Counted from the stretch's first letter, positions 39,007-51,580 are shown. The stretch is 64,000 nt of DNA from Christensenellaceae bacterium (GCA_045536835.1 JAZSOI010000028.1:3172-67171); one strand, 5' to 3'. Numbers and translations are program-made. Notes: a model not told the origin generated them from the letters alone.

Positions 39007-39500
39007 TGTTTTTATCACTCGAACAGCCAAGGGTTATTTTAGCGTGCTTGTTTTTCGGTGTTATAATGGGTGTTTACGTCGAGCCGTTTTTATTTATAGC
39101 AAAGTTCTTTAAGCGAAGAGTTTTAAAAGAGGGCGTTATTTGCTTAGGAATTTTATCGTTTTCCATATGGTTTATTTACCTATCGCATTTATTTTCTTTA
39201 CCCGATTTTAGAATTTATATGGTGGCGTGCGTTATGCTCGGTGCAATTTTATATAAATTTAGTTTTCATAAAGCGGTTGCAATTTTGTCAAGTAGAGTGT
39301 ATAATGTAATCAAGATTACATTTTTAAGGGTAAAACTAAGTAATGAACGAAGAAAAGAAAAGGCGCGTATTCTCCGCAGTTCTAAGCGGAATGATAATGC
39401 TCGTTACGGTGCTCGTGGTTATGATAACGTACCAACTCGTAGGCATTATTCAGCGCAAAAACAGAATAAAGCAGTTAGACGCGGAAATCGCCTATCTTGA
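39006..39500 (+). CDS. yabQ: Spore cortex biosynthesis protein YabQ
   Basis: Membrane protein coupled to yabP (ATAATG overlap). The basic C-terminal tail overlaps the next gene. Confidence 0.6.
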   Translation: MFLSLEQPRVILACLFFGVIMGVYVEPFLFIAKFFKRRVLKEGVICLGILSFSIWFIYLSHLFSLPDFRIYMVACVMLGAILYKFSFHKAVAILSSRVYNVIKITFLRVKLSNERRKEKARILRSSKRNDNARYGARGYDNVPTRRHYSAQKQNKAVRRGNRLS

Positions 39501-39609
39501 AGAGTTAATTGAAAATACCGAAGACGAGATTGAACTTTGGAATCTTAGGATAAAGATTGAAGAGAGGGCAAGGGAACTCGGTATGTACTACGAAAACGAG
39601 GAAGAGTGA
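39343..39609 (+). CDS. divIC: Septum formation initiator (DivIC/FtsB family)
   Basis: N-terminal TM segment followed by a coiled coil (QLDAEIAYLEELIENTEDEIELW). Confidence 0.75.
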   Translation: MNEEKKRRVFSAVLSGMIMLVTVLVVMITYQLVGIIQRKNRIKQLDAEIAYLEELIENTEDEIELWNLRIKIEERARELGMYYENEEE

Positions 39610-39616
39610 TTTTACT

Positions 39617-40474
39617 ATGACTGCGGTTATAGATATAGGCAGTAATTCCGTTCGCTTAATGCTCGCAAGCGGTACTGCAAAACGAAAATTTTTAATAACC
39701 ACCCGTCTTGCCCAAGGTAAGGTTGACGGTGCGTTATCAAACGTTTCAATGGATAGGACGGTCAACGCAGTTGCCGTCTTATTTGATAAGGCGATAAAAA
39801 GCGGAGCGGATGAAATTTACTTGTTTGCAACCGCCGCTGTTAGAAATTCCGTTAACGGAAACGAATTTGTCGACGCGGTGTTTAGTAAAACTGGCGCAAA
39901 GGTTGACGTTATCTCTGGGGAAGTTGAAGCCGAACTTGCGCTTTTAGGCGCGTTGAAAGGTGAGAGCGGTGGCGTTATCGATATAGGCGGTGCAAGTACC
40001 GAAGTTGCCGTAAAAGAAGGCGGACAAACCGTTTACGACGTTAGTTACCCTTTAGGTGCGGTTAGCGTTAATTCTTTATTCGGTAGAGATGAAGAAAAAA
40101 TTTCGACTTACTTATCTTCGCAAATTATGGGTGTTAAAAGGCGTTTTGCCGTTAAATTTTACGGCGTAGGTGGAACTATTTCCACCTTGGCGCTAATAAA
40201 CGCTGGCGCAACCGAATATTCGCCTTGTGCTGTTGAAGAAAAACCGATAACGATAGAAGATTTAATAAAGATAAAAAGTGAACTCTACGCTCTTTCGCCA
40301 AGTGAGATAAGTGAAAAATATCCTTTTGCAAGTTCTCGCGCGGATATAATATGCGGTGGGGCGGAGATACTTTACTCGGTGATGATTGCGTACGGCATAG
40401 ATGTTGTTTGCGCGAGCGACGGAGATAATTTAGAAGGCTATTTAAAGTACAGGGTTAACAATGAGAAGAAATAG
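39617..40474 (+). CDS. ppx: Ppx/GppA family phosphatase
   Basis: Start taken at MTAVIDIGSNSVRL (ASKHA phosphate-1 motif). The track start at 39557 overlaps divIC. Confidence 0.8.
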   Translation: MTAVIDIGSNSVRLMLASGTAKRKFLITTRLAQGKVDGALSNVSMDRTVNAVAVLFDKAIKSGADEIYLFATAAVRNSVNGNEFVDAVFSKTGAKVDVISGEVEAELALLGALKGESGGVIDIGGASTEVAVKEGGQTVYDVSYPLGAVSVNSLFGRDEEKISTYLSSQIMGVKRRFAVKFYGVGGTISTLALINAGATEYSPCAVEEKPITIEDLIKIKSELYALSPSEISEKYPFASSRADIICGGAEILYSVMIAYGIDVVCASDGDNLEGYLKYRVNNEKK

Positions 40475-41522
40475 GCTAAAAATACTTGCGAATATTTGTA
40501 TAATAGCGATTTGCATCGCGATTTTTGCGTTGCTGTTTTTGTCCGTTATAAGCGGATATAAAACGAGTGCTTTAAAAATTTCAATAAGCGTTGTTTCAGG
40601 CGTAGTAATCGTGCTTATATTAAACTCTATTCTTCACGAACTCGGGCATGCGATAATAGGTTCGTTATGCGGTTTAGAACTTTATTCTATAAAGTTCTTG
40701 TTCGTAGAGTTTACCAAAGATAAAGGGTATTATAAACTTGGGCTTAGCAAAACTCAGGGAGAACTTGGCTTTACCGTATTAAACCCAAAATCAACCGATA
40801 AAGTTGCAAAAAAATACGTACTTTCAGCGTGCGGTGGGCTTGGCGGAACTTTCTTACTTTTGCTCTTCCAAGTTTTAGTATGTTTGTTATCTGAAAGTCT
40901 AGTGTTATACTCGGCGTTCGGCGTAACTTTTCCGCTTACCGTTTACTTTTTTATGGTAAACCTTCTTCCCATATTTGAAAGGTGTGACGGATACTTAGTT
41001 TACAAGTATTTATCGGGCGGTGAAGAAAAACTCATTATAGAAAATTACTTTAAGGCAACCGCTAGTTTATTTAATGGCGTTGAGCCGAGCGATTTAGATT
41101 CCACGTTACTTGTAAATTACAAGGGAACGGAAGGGTATTCTGCAAATATAAGATATCTTAGATATCTTGCCTACGTTAAAAACGACGAGGAGCGCGCGCT
41201 TAAAGAACTTAGAGAGATAAGCGATTTATCCGAGATTTCTAACCTTAACGACGAGATTTTTGAAGAGATATTTTTCAGCGCCGTGCTTATGGAAGATAGG
41301 AAATTTATTAAAGCAAACGAAGCGTCAATGGTGGCGGTGTTTGAAAAACCGAGCCGTCCGCAAACGTATAGAATTCACGCGTGTTATCGCATTTGGAACG
41401 GTGAGAAAGACTGGGCGAAACTTATCTTAGAAAGCGGAATTAAGTTTTGCGACGATTATCCCGTTTTGGGCATAGCAAAAAGCGAGAAAAAATATATGGA
41501 AATTCTACTTAAAAACTTATAA
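40461..41522 (+). CDS. M50 (site-2 protease)-like membrane metallopeptidase with C-terminal soluble domain
   Basis: HELGH within a TM segment, and NLLPxxxxDG (VNLLPIFERCDGY). Confidence 0.6.
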   Translation: MRRNRLKILANICIIAICIAIFALLFLSVISGYKTSALKISISVVSGVVIVLILNSILHELGHAIIGSLCGLELYSIKFLFVEFTKDKGYYKLGLSKTQGELGFTVLNPKSTDKVAKKYVLSACGGLGGTFLLLLFQVLVCLLSESLVLYSAFGVTFPLTVYFFMVNLLPIFERCDGYLVYKYLSGGEEKLIIENYFKATASLFNGVEPSDLDSTLLVNYKGTEGYSANIRYLRYLAYVKNDEERALKELREISDLSEISNLNDEIFEEIFFSAVLMEDRKFIKANEASMVAVFEKPSRPQTYRIHACYRIWNGEKDWAKLILESGIKFCDDYPVLGIAKSEKKYMEILLKNL

Positions 41523-41524
41523 TC

Positions 41525-41547
41525 AAAGGGCGTTCAGCCCTTTTTTT
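41525..41547 (+). terminator. Intrinsic terminator
   Basis: GGGC-GTTCA-GCCC with A/T extensions and T7. Confidence 0.65.
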
Positions 41548-41578
41548 ATTGCCCATTCAAAAATTAACGGTAAAAAAT

Positions 41579-41600
41579 GAGTGCTTAGCACTCTTTTTTT
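41579..41600 (+). terminator. Second tandem terminator
   Basis: GAGTGC-TTA-GCACTC, then T7. Confidence 0.6.
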
Positions 41601-41641
41601 AAACTTTTTTTCAAAAAACACTTTTCTTTTGCGCGCGCGTA

Positions 41642-41650
41642 TGTTATAAT
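41642..41650 (+). promoter_or_regulatory. Extended -10 promoter element upstream of gyrB
   Basis: TGtTATAAT. Preceded by the alternating tract TGCGCGCGCGTATG in the spacer. Confidence 0.5.
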
Positions 41651-41677
41651 TACTACGAATATAGTATTACTATATAA

Positions 41678-43624
<1,947 letters not shown>

Positions 43625-43638
43625 TAGGAGAGAAAATT

Positions 43639-46194
43639 ATGGCTAAAAAAGTAATAAGTGAAGAACTTACCGCCGAATTTAAGAAAACTCTGTCGATGAC
43701 GAAACTCGTCAACGTTGAAGTCGATTCTGAACTTCGCCAAAGTTTCATCGACTACGCGATGGCGGTTAACCGTTCGCGTGCGATTCCCGACGTTAGAGAC
43801 GGTTTAAAACCCGTTCACAGAAGAATTTTATACTCAATGAACGAGATGGGCTTAACTCCCGACAAGCCGTTTAAGAAATGTGCGGCTATCGTCGGTGACG
43901 TTTTAGGTAAATATCACCCGCACGGTGACAGTTCAGTTTACGACGCGCTCGTTCGTTTAGCGCAAGATTTCTCAATAAATCTTCCGCTCGTTGACGGTCA
44001 CGGCAACTTCGGTTCGGTCGACGGTGACCCCGCCGCAGCGTACAGATACACCGAAGCAAAGATGAGTAAACTCGCTCTTGAAATGCTTCGCGATATCGAT
44101 AAAAACACGGTAGACTGCAAGGCTAACTTCGACGATACTAGAAAAGAACCCGTAGTTTTACCCGCAAGATACCCAAACCTTTTAGTTAACGGTGCGGACG
44201 GTATCGCCGTTGGTATGGCAACGAATATTCCACCGCACAATTTAAGCGACGTTATAGACGGTGCTATCGCGGTTATAGACAATCCCGATATTTCTATTGA
44301 CGAACTTATGGAATACGTTCCTGCGCCAGACTTCCCAACCGGTGGTATATTGATGGGAAGAAGCGGTATTAAAAACGCTTATCGCACGGGTAGAGGTGGT
44401 TACGTTTTACGTTCTAAGTGCGAGATCGAAGAATACGCAGGCGGAACTAAGAACAGAATCGTAGTAACCGAACTTCCTTATCAAGTAAACAAGGAAAAAC
44501 TTATCAAAACGATAGTTGAGTACGTTACCGACAAGAAAATCGAGGGAATTGCCGATATCAACGACGAATCTGACCGCCACGGTATGAGAATCGTTATTGA
44601 TATCAAGAAAGACGCAAACCCCCAAGTAGTACTCAACACCTTATACAAGCAAACAAAACTTCAAGTATCCGACGGTATTATTCTTCTTGCGCTCGTAGGA
44701 ACTGATCCAAAGGTATTAAATCTCAAAGAGATTTTAGTTGAATACCACAAGCACCAAAGGGACGTTATCACTAGAAGAACTAGGTTCGACCTTGATAAAG
44801 CGGAAGAGAGATGCTTAATAGTATCTGGTCTTGTAAAAGCGCTTTCGGATATCGACGCGGTTATCAAAATTATCAAAACGAGTAAAGATAGGGTTGAAGC
44901 GGCGGATAGGCTTATTCGCGAGTTTGATTTAGATGCGGAAGGCAAGCAAGCAAACGCAATACTCGATATGAGATTGCAAACGCTTACCAATTTAGCGGTA
45001 TCCAAACTTCAAGCAGAACTTGAAGATTTGCACAAACTCATCGCTGATTATAAAGACATTTTAGCGAACGTTTCTAGAGTAGACGCTATCATTAAAGACG
45101 ATTTAATCTTAATTAAAGAAAAATACGGCAGAGAGAGAAAAACTGAAATTTCTCATCTTGAAGGCAGTATTGAAGACGAAGAACTTATTCCTAGAGAAGA
45201 CGTTGTTATTTCTAGAACTCACTTCGGTTACGTTAAGAGAATACCTGTTGCTGAATACAAATCTCAACACCGCGGTGGCAAGGGAATAACAGGACACAAG
45301 CCTAAGGAAGAAGACTTCGTTACGGATATGTTCATAACTTCCACTCACGATTACTTGTTGTTCTTCACGAGTTTCGGTAAAGTTTACTCGATTAAGGGTT
45401 ACGAAATCCCCGAAGCGTCTAGAACTTCAAGGGGTAGAGCGATTATCAACGTTCTTCAACTTGCTGACGGTGAAAAGGTTAACGCAGTTATTCCGCTTAA
45501 AGACGGAACTGACGGTTATATTGCAATGGCAACTAGAAACGGACTTATTAAAAAGACGGCGCTTTCCGAGTTTGCAAGCATTAGAAAGACTGGTAAGATA
45601 GCAATTAACTTGAACGAAGGCGACGAACTTATTTCCGTTCAATTCACGTCTGGTGAAGACCAAATCTTAATCGGTACGGCAAAGGGTAAATGTATTAAAT
45701 TCTACGAAGGTATCGGCGAAAACGGTTCTTATGGCTTAAAGCCGATAGGTAGAGACACGCAAGGCGTAAAGGCAATGGATTTAAGTGACGACGACTATCT
45801 TATTGCAATGAGCGTAGTTAAAGAAGGTTACGACGTATTGACGGTAACGAGCAACGGTTACGGTAAACTTTCAGACGTTGAAGATTATAGGCTTCAAAAC
45901 CGTGCTGGCAAGGGTATTAAGGCTGGTGCGTTTAACGATAAGACTGGCGATTTAGTATGCTTGAAGTTTATCGCACCCGACGAAGACGTTATGATGATTT
46001 CCGACACGGGTATTATTATGAGAACCCCAGCAAGCGAAATTTCCAAACTTGGAAGAGATACTCAAGGCGTAATCGTAATGAGACTTTCTAGCGGTAAAGT
46101 TTCGACCGTAGCGGTTGTTCCTCACGAAGATGAAGAAGAACTCGAAGAAGGTCAAGAAACGGCTGAAAACGGCGAAAACGAAACGAACGAATAA
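43639..46194 (+). CDS. gyrA: DNA gyrase subunit A
   Basis: [25 protein letters not shown] active-site Tyr, GyrA-box-containing CTD. Start taken at ATG 43639 after AGGAGAG. Confidence 0.97.
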   Translation: MAKKVISEELTAEFKKTLSMTKLVNVEVDSELRQSFIDYAMAVNRSRAIPDVRDGLKPVHRRILYSMNEMGLTPDKPFKKCAAIVGDVLGKYHPHGDSSVYDALVRLAQDFSINLPLVDGHGNFGSVDGDPAAAYRYTEAKMSKLALEMLRDIDKNTVDCKANFDDTRKEPVVLPARYPNLLVNGADGIAVGMATNIPPHNLSDVIDGAIAVIDNPDISIDELMEYVPAPDFPTGGILMGRSGIKNAYRTGRGGYVLRSKCEIEEYAGGTKNRIVVTELPYQVNKEKLIKTIVEYVTDKKIEGIADINDESDRHGMRIVIDIKKDANPQVVLNTLYKQTKLQVSDGIILLALVGTDPKVLNLKEILVEYHKHQRDVITRRTRFDLDKAEERCLIVSGLVKALSDIDAVIKIIKTSKDRVEAADRLIREFDLDAEGKQANAILDMRLQTLTNLAVSKLQAELEDLHKLIADYKDILANVSRVDAIIKDDLILIKEKYGRERKTEISHLEGSIEDEELIPREDVVISRTHFGYVKRIPVAEYKSQHRGGKGITGHKPKEEDFVTDMFITSTHDYLLFFTSFGKVYSIKGYEIPEASRTSRGRAIINVLQLADGEKVNAVIPLKDGTDGYIAMATRNGLIKKTALSEFASIRKTGKIAINLNEGDELISVQFTSGEDQILIGTAKGKCIKFYEGIGENGSYGLKPIGRDTQGVKAMDLSDDDYLIAMSVVKEGYDVLTVTSNGYGKLSDVEDYRLQNRAGKGIKAGAFNDKTGDLVCLKFIAPDEDVMMISDTGIIMRTPASEISKLGRDTQGVIVMRLSSGKVSTVAVVPHEDEEELEEGQETAENGENETNE

Positions 46195-46200
46195 TAAAAA

Positions 46201-46228
46201 AACACCTACGGGCTATTCCGTAGGTGTT
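46201..46228. terminator. Bidirectional terminator between gyrA and the convergent ATPase gene
   Basis: 11-bp stem AACACCTACGG/CCGTAGGTGTT flanked by A- and T-runs. Confidence 0.8.
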
Positions 46229-46241
46229 TTAATTTAGTTTT

Positions 46242-48785
46242 TTAAGGTTGTTTTTTTCTAAACGAAGAGAATAACATTTTGTTTAAGTTGCTCAGTGGTT
46301 GGTTGAGTAAAAGGTTGAGTTCTATAATTGCCAGTAATATAAGCGGATATTCCCAAGTGTCCATAGTTAACGGGAATAGGGCAACTAAGCCGAAGAAATT
46401 ATCTATGTGTAAAGTCTTAGAAGTGTCGAGCAAGAAGATAACCCAAACTGCCATAACTGCTATAACTATTGAAATTATAATTGCTCTAAGTACGTTATAC
46501 GGTTTACATACCTTATGTAAATATACGACGCCACCTATCGTAAACGAAACGACCTTCATAGTCATAGTGAAATCTTCGCTTGGGAAAATTCCAAATAGGC
46601 TAATGAGTTCAATTATGTAAACGTTCATAAGAAGTAGAAGAGCGCCGGGGATTGCGTTAGAGAAAATAGTCGTTAGGAAATCTCCTTCAACGCGTTTTTC
46701 GTTGGGTTGGAGTGATAGTGCTAAGGATGCAAAGCCTATTACGAAGAGTTCAAGCATCGTTAAATGTTTAGTTTCAAACGGGAAGGGAGACATCGTTGCA
46801 ATAGAGATAAATGCAAGTAACGCCGTGAATATCGTTTTCATAAGGAAAAGCGACGCGGATTGTTGGATATTGTTGATAACTCTTCTACCTTCCGCAACGA
46901 CTTTGGGCATAGAATTAAAGTTATTGTCCGCAAGCACGATGTGAGCAACGCTTTTAGCAGCGTCCGCACCAGTTGCAACAGTAATAGAACAGTCTGCCTC
47001 TCTCATTGCGAGAATATCGTTAACGCCGTCACCAGTCATAGCAACGGTGTGACCACCCCTTTTAAGCGCTTTTACTAAAACGCTCTTTTGGTCGGGCGTA
47101 ACTCGACCGAAAACGGTATATTTGTCTGCAATAGACGCAACTTCCTTGTCAGATAAACCTTCAAGGCTTATCCAGTTAGACGCGTTTTCAATGCCAGCGC
47201 GCTTTGCAATTTCGGATACGGTTATAGGGTTATCACCCGATATAACCTTAACGTCGACTTGGTTTTGTTTAAACCAATTGATAGTTTCAATGGCTTCGGG
47301 GCGAATATTGTCGCTTAGCACTATAAGTGCTATGGGTTTTAAAGTAGTGGGTAAATCTCCCTTTGACGTTATTTGAGCGGGAGAGTGAGCGAGTAATAAA
47401 ACTCTGTTTCCGCGATTGATATAGTGTTCCATTTGCTCGCGGATAAACGGCGAGAGTTCTTTCAAAACGAATTCTGGCGCACCTATGGCGTAAGTTCCTA
47501 TTTCTGAGAAAGTTACTGCACTATATTTTCTAGCGGAAGAAAACGGTATAGTCTTAACGGCAGTAAAATCTGCAGTAGAAGTGTAATGCGCTCTAAGTGC
47601 TGCGGACGTTGCGTTATTATCTTCAAAAACGCTTTGCATTGTACCGATTATATCGTTTAAAGAGTAAGGGTGGCGGTCGGAGATTAGTATATCCTTAATT
47701 ACTTGCATCCTACCGTCAGTGATAGTTCCGGTTTTATCAAGACACAAAACGTCAACGCGCGCTAACATTTCAAGTGAATACATATCTTGGACAAGTGTGT
47801 TGCGCTTAAATAACCTTATAACGCCGAGCGATAAAGCAATGGTCGTTAAAAGTATTAAACCTGCGGGTATCATACCGAGAACTACCGCACCCGTACGCGT
47901 TACTACGAATCTTTGAATAGTGCCGAAAGTCTCGCTGTAAATGGGGTTTTTGTAGTTAACGAGTCCAATACCTATCGCGATGGGGATAATGATTAAACCA
48001 ACGATTTTAACTATCCAAGTAAGCGTACCCATAAGTTCGCTGTTAGGTTTTTTGTGTTTTTTAACTTTTTCAGTAAGTTTTTGAACGTAGCACTCTTCGG
48101 CAACCTTATCCGCTTTTGCAGTTAAAGAACCACTAGTTATAAAACTTCCTGCAAGTATAGCGTCGCCCGCCCTTTTCTTAATAGGAACGGATTCGCCGGT
48201 AAGGAGGGCTTCGTTAACTTCTGCAAAGCCTTCTAAAACGATGCCGTCGACTGGGATTTGATTGCCTGAAACCACCTTAAACACGTCGTCAAGCACGATA
48301 TCTTTGGTTGAGATCTCGTATTCTTGACCATGTCTTATAATAATAGTGGTTGGCGCTTGCAAAATAGAGAGTTTCTCTATCGAAAGTTTAGCCCTAATTT
48401 CTTGGAAAATACCTATCGCTAAATTGAGCGCAAAGGGGATAATAAAGGTAAAGTTACCAATATCCGCGTCAACGACTGCATAAGCAACTATAACTATCGC
48501 GCATAAAAGGTTGAAAAACGTAAAAGTGTTTCCAAAAATAATTGCAGGGATAGATTTCGAGTTTTTAGCCTTTACACTGTTGGTAAGCCCAGTTGCAACT
48601 CTATCTTCAACTTGTTCGTTAGTTAATCCCACGCTAGCGTTGGCGTTATAGCGAACCGCGTCTCGCTGAATTATGCGTTTAGCCTTTTTAGTAGGTACTG
48701 GGTTGGTTGCTAAAACCTTAGTATTTTCAGTTTCAGCGCTATTTTCTATAACGCTTTGCTGTTTTTTAACGTTTGATTTCTTCAT
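46242..48785 (-). CDS. Cation-translocating P-type ATPase (HAD-IC), unknown specificity
   Basis: TGES, DKTGTIT, TGDGVNDILAMREAD. The TM4 motif is IPAGL rather than PEGL. Confidence 0.85.
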   Translation of the reverse strand: MKKSNVKKQQSVIENSAETENTKVLATNPVPTKKAKRIIQRDAVRYNANASVGLTNEQVEDRVATGLTNSVKAKNSKSIPAIIFGNTFTFFNLLCAIVIVAYAVVDADIGNFTFIIPFALNLAIGIFQEIRAKLSIEKLSILQAPTTIIIRHGQEYEISTKDIVLDDVFKVVSGNQIPVDGIVLEGFAEVNEALLTGESVPIKKRAGDAILAGSFITSGSLTAKADKVAEECYVQKLTEKVKKHKKPNSELMGTLTWIVKIVGLIIIPIAIGIGLVNYKNPIYSETFGTIQRFVVTRTGAVVLGMIPAGLILLTTIALSLGVIRLFKRNTLVQDMYSLEMLARVDVLCLDKTGTITDGRMQVIKDILISDRHPYSLNDIIGTMQSVFEDNNATSAALRAHYTSTADFTAVKTIPFSSARKYSAVTFSEIGTYAIGAPEFVLKELSPFIREQMEHYINRGNRVLLLAHSPAQITSKGDLPTTLKPIALIVLSDNIRPEAIETINWFKQNQVDVKVISGDNPITVSEIAKRAGIENASNWISLEGLSDKEVASIADKYTVFGRVTPDQKSVLVKALKRGGHTVAMTGDGVNDILAMREADCSITVATGADAAKSVAHIVLADNNFNSMPKVVAEGRRVINNIQQSASLFLMKTIFTALLAFISIATMSPFPFETKHLTMLELFVIGFASLALSLQPNEKRVEGDFLTTIFSNAIPGALLLLMNVYIIELISLFGIFPSEDFTMTMKVVSFTIGGVVYLHKVCKPYNVLRAIIISIVIAVMAVWVIFLLDTSKTLHIDNFFGLVALFPLTMDTWEYPLILLAIIELNLLLNQPLSNLNKMLFSSFRKKQP

Positions 48786-48948
48786 AAATCACCAAAATTT
48801 TATAGTTTGCCAAGTAAAAAACCAGGTAAATTTAAAATATTTATCACTTTATTTATGATTTTAGCATAAATAAAATTACATTTCAACGGTTTTTTCTTTT
48901 TTTATAGCAAAAACGACTGGTTTTCACATAACTTTTAAAAAAAAGGTA

Positions 48949-48996
48949 TTGACAAGCGGTTAAATGAATATTATAATATGAATATATTTTCATATT
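48949..48996 (+). promoter_or_regulatory. Promoter plus ArsR/SmtB-type operator
   Basis: TTGACA (48949-48954), 17-nt spacer, TATAAT (48972-48977). Inverted repeat AATATGAA-N6-TTCATATT (48975-48996) overlaps the -10 element and the expected transcription start. Confidence 0.6.
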
Positions 48997-49012
48997 GTCA
49001 TAAAGGTGAAAG

Positions 49013-49309
49013 ATGAATAAATATAATTTAAGCGTTGAGAGAATTGACGAGCTCGTTAAAGATTTCAAGGCGATTGGCGACGCTAGTCGATTAAAGATAA
49101 TACTTAGTCTTCTCGACGGAAAGAAGAGCGTTGGAGAGATTGCGGTTGAGTGTGGGTTTTCCCAGTCGGCAACGTCGCACGCACTGAGAATTTTAAAGGA
49201 CGCTAAGATTTTAAATTTGGAAAAGGACGGAAACGTCAATTACTACTACGTTGCAGACGAGCACGTTAGAACTATTATTGAAATGTCAATTAAACATCTC
49301 GATTGTTAA
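49013..49309 (+). CDS. ArsR/SmtB family metal-responsive repressor
   Basis: wHTH (LKIILSLLDGKKSVGEIAVECGFSQSATSHALRILKD). C-terminal HLDC. Confidence 0.85.
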   Translation: MNKYNLSVERIDELVKDFKAIGDASRLKIILSLLDGKKSVGEIAVECGFSQSATSHALRILKDAKILNLEKDGNVNYYYVADEHVRTIIEMSIKHLDC

Positions 49310-49317
49310 GGAGCGTT

Positions 49318-51549
49318 ATGGAAAACAAAACATTGATAAAGATTAACGTAAGTTTAACACAAGAACAAGTTAAAGCAATTATTTCAAAAACAAATGTTTT
49401 TGAAGGTGTTATATCGGTAAAGGTAAAGGACGGAATTTTATCTTACGATTTATCCGAGTGGGCGAGCGATTACGACGTTATGGTTCAAATATTAAACGCC
49501 CTAGAAGAAATGGGCGTTGATGCCGAGCCACTCTTTGACGGCTCGGAAGAAATTGCCGATTCGGTTGAAACGGACGTACAAGAGTATGAAGACGATGAAG
49601 ACGGTGAGCACGACCGCGAGCATGTGCACGGTGAAGAGTGTTCTTGCCATCACGATCATCATAACGACGGGTTTTCATGCGATAATCTTCACGATAAAAA
49701 AGAGAGAAAGTATAAACTAATTGAACTTTCTATTGCCGTGGTCATTATGATTGCAGGAATAATACTTAACTCTTTTGAAAAGACGGCGAAGGCGTCCAAT
49801 TACGTCTTAGTGTTTGCCTATGCTATTGCGGGTTACAATTCGGTAATTGCCGGCATAACTGCAATTATTAAGGGTAAGCCGTTTAGTCAAAATACGCTTA
49901 TGACCATATCTTCCGTTGCAGCAATACTTTTAGGAGAAACTGTTGAAGCGGTTGGAATTATGATATTATTCCAAATAGGCGAACTTTTCGAGCATAGTGC
50001 GGTATCTAATGCGGATAAGGTTATAAATGATTTAAAATCTTTTAAAGATGAAAAAGTAAGCGTTTTAGGTGAGGGCGATATTGAAAAACGCGTTCTTCCT
50101 GAAAAGGTAAAAGTCGGGGATATAGTAGTCGTTAGAAACGGAGAGAGATGTGCGCTTGACGGCGTTATCGTAAGTGGTAGTTCTTCGTTCGACACGGCAA
50201 TCGTAACTGGCGAAAGTAATTATAAAGATTTAAGAGTTGGTGATAACGTTTTAGGCGGTTTTATTGCGGTTAACGGTAGCGTTAAAGTAAAAGTTACGAA
50301 AAGTTATAGTGAAAGCGCGGTAAACACCATTGCTAAAACTATTGAAGAGTGTGCTAAAAACAAGTCTAAAGCAGAGAGATTTTTGGATAAATTCTCTAAG
50401 TGGTACACGCCTTTGGTCGTTGTTTTGGCGTTGATAGTTGCGTTTATTTGCCCCATATTTGGCGAGTCTTATAGGTGGGGTCTTCTCACTTGGGGTAAGC
50501 GCGCGATAATGCTTTTATGCGTATCGTGTCCTTGCTCGATAGTGATTTCAATTCCGCTTGCGTATTTTATAGGCGTTGCAAACTCTGCAAAAGTCGGCGT
50601 TATAGTAAAGAGTAGTTTATCTCTTGAACAGTTAGCAAACGTTTCAACCGTTGTCTTTGACAAAACTGGAACACTCACGGAAGGTGTTTTAAAGGTATCG
50701 AAAGTTATTTCAACGAAGAAATATCAAGGCAAGGTTTTAGAACTTATAAATATATGTGAAAAGTATTCTAATCACCCTATAGCCTTAGCAATTAGGAAAA
50801 AAGTGGGCGTTTCTGACGTTGAAGGAACTGAATATAAAGACTGCGCTGGCATGGGCGTATCGTGTGTGTACGACGGAAAAGTTATGCTTGCGGGAAACGG
50901 AAGATTCTTAAAAGAAAACGGCGTTTTGGTTGCTGAAAGCGAAGTGGTTGGAACTAAAATTTACTTAGCCGTTGACGGTGAGTTTGCAGGAATTGTGGTT
51001 TTAAAAGACGCACCTAGAAAGACTGCTCGCGGTATGATTAGAGAACTTAAAGATTTAGGCGTGTCTAAAACTTTAATGCTCACTGGCGATAACAAGGATG
51101 AAGCACTTGAAATTAAAGAGTATTTAGGAGTTGATAAAGTAAAAAGCGAATTGCTTCCCGAAGATAAAGTTCACCGCATTGAAAAAGCGATTAAAAATGC
51201 GAATGGAACGGTAGTTTTTGTCGGGGACGGCGTTAACGACGCGCCAGTTCTAAAAAGAGCGGACGTAGGTATTGCAATGGGCAACGGATTAGACGTTGCT
51301 ATCGAAAGTGCAGACGCGGTGCTAACTAGCGGTGATTTATCTAAAATTCCATACCTTATTAAACTTGCTAAGAGAACTAGAAAAATTGCAAAGCAAAACC
51401 TTTACGGATCATTGATTGTTAAACTTGCGATAATGGTTTTATCGGTTACTGGCATACTTTCAAGTTTATGGTTTGCAATCGCTAGTGACGTTGGTCTTTT
51501 AATAATTGCAATTTTAAACTCTATAAGAAACAAATTCAAAGTAATCTAA
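49318..51549 (+). CDS. P1B-type heavy-metal ATPase (Cd/Zn/Co-like)
   Basis: CPC in TM6, DKTGTLT, SNHP, GDGVNDAP. Start taken at ATG 49318 after AAGGAG. His/Asp/Cys-rich linker. Confidence 0.85.
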   Translation: MENKTLIKINVSLTQEQVKAIISKTNVFEGVISVKVKDGILSYDLSEWASDYDVMVQILNALEEMGVDAEPLFDGSEEIADSVETDVQEYEDDEDGEHDREHVHGEECSCHHDHHNDGFSCDNLHDKKERKYKLIELSIAVVIMIAGIILNSFEKTAKASNYVLVFAYAIAGYNSVIAGITAIIKGKPFSQNTLMTISSVAAILLGETVEAVGIMILFQIGELFEHSAVSNADKVINDLKSFKDEKVSVLGEGDIEKRVLPEKVKVGDIVVVRNGERCALDGVIVSGSSSFDTAIVTGESNYKDLRVGDNVLGGFIAVNGSVKVKVTKSYSESAVNTIAKTIEECAKNKSKAERFLDKFSKWYTPLVVVLALIVAFICPIFGESYRWGLLTWGKRAIMLLCVSCPCSIVISIPLAYFIGVANSAKVGVIVKSSLSLEQLANVSTVVFDKTGTLTEGVLKVSKVISTKKYQGKVLELINICEKYSNHPIALAIRKKVGVSDVEGTEYKDCAGMGVSCVYDGKVMLAGNGRFLKENGVLVAESEVVGTKIYLAVDGEFAGIVVLKDAPRKTARGMIRELKDLGVSKTLMLTGDNKDEALEIKEYLGVDKVKSELLPEDKVHRIEKAIKNANGTVVFVGDGVNDAPVLKRADVGIAMGNGLDVAIESADAVLTSGDLSKIPYLIKLAKRTRKIAKQNLYGSLIVKLAIMVLSVTGILSSLWFAIASDVGLLIIAILNSIRNKFKVI

Positions 51550-51555
51550 CAAAAA

Positions 51556-51577
51556 AACGCACCCAGTTAGGTGCGTT
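51556..51577. terminator. Bidirectional terminator
   Basis: AACGCACC/GGTGCGTT stem flanked by A7 and a T-run. Confidence 0.8.
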
Positions 51578-51580
51578 TTA

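Noticed and set aside
48883-49239. 118-aa minus-strand ORF spanning the ArsR promoter and the 5' end of arsR
   Set aside because: It runs antisense through a clear TTGACA-17-TATAAT promoter and the ArsR wHTH coding region. It has low-complexity composition and no RBS, so it is a shadow ORF.
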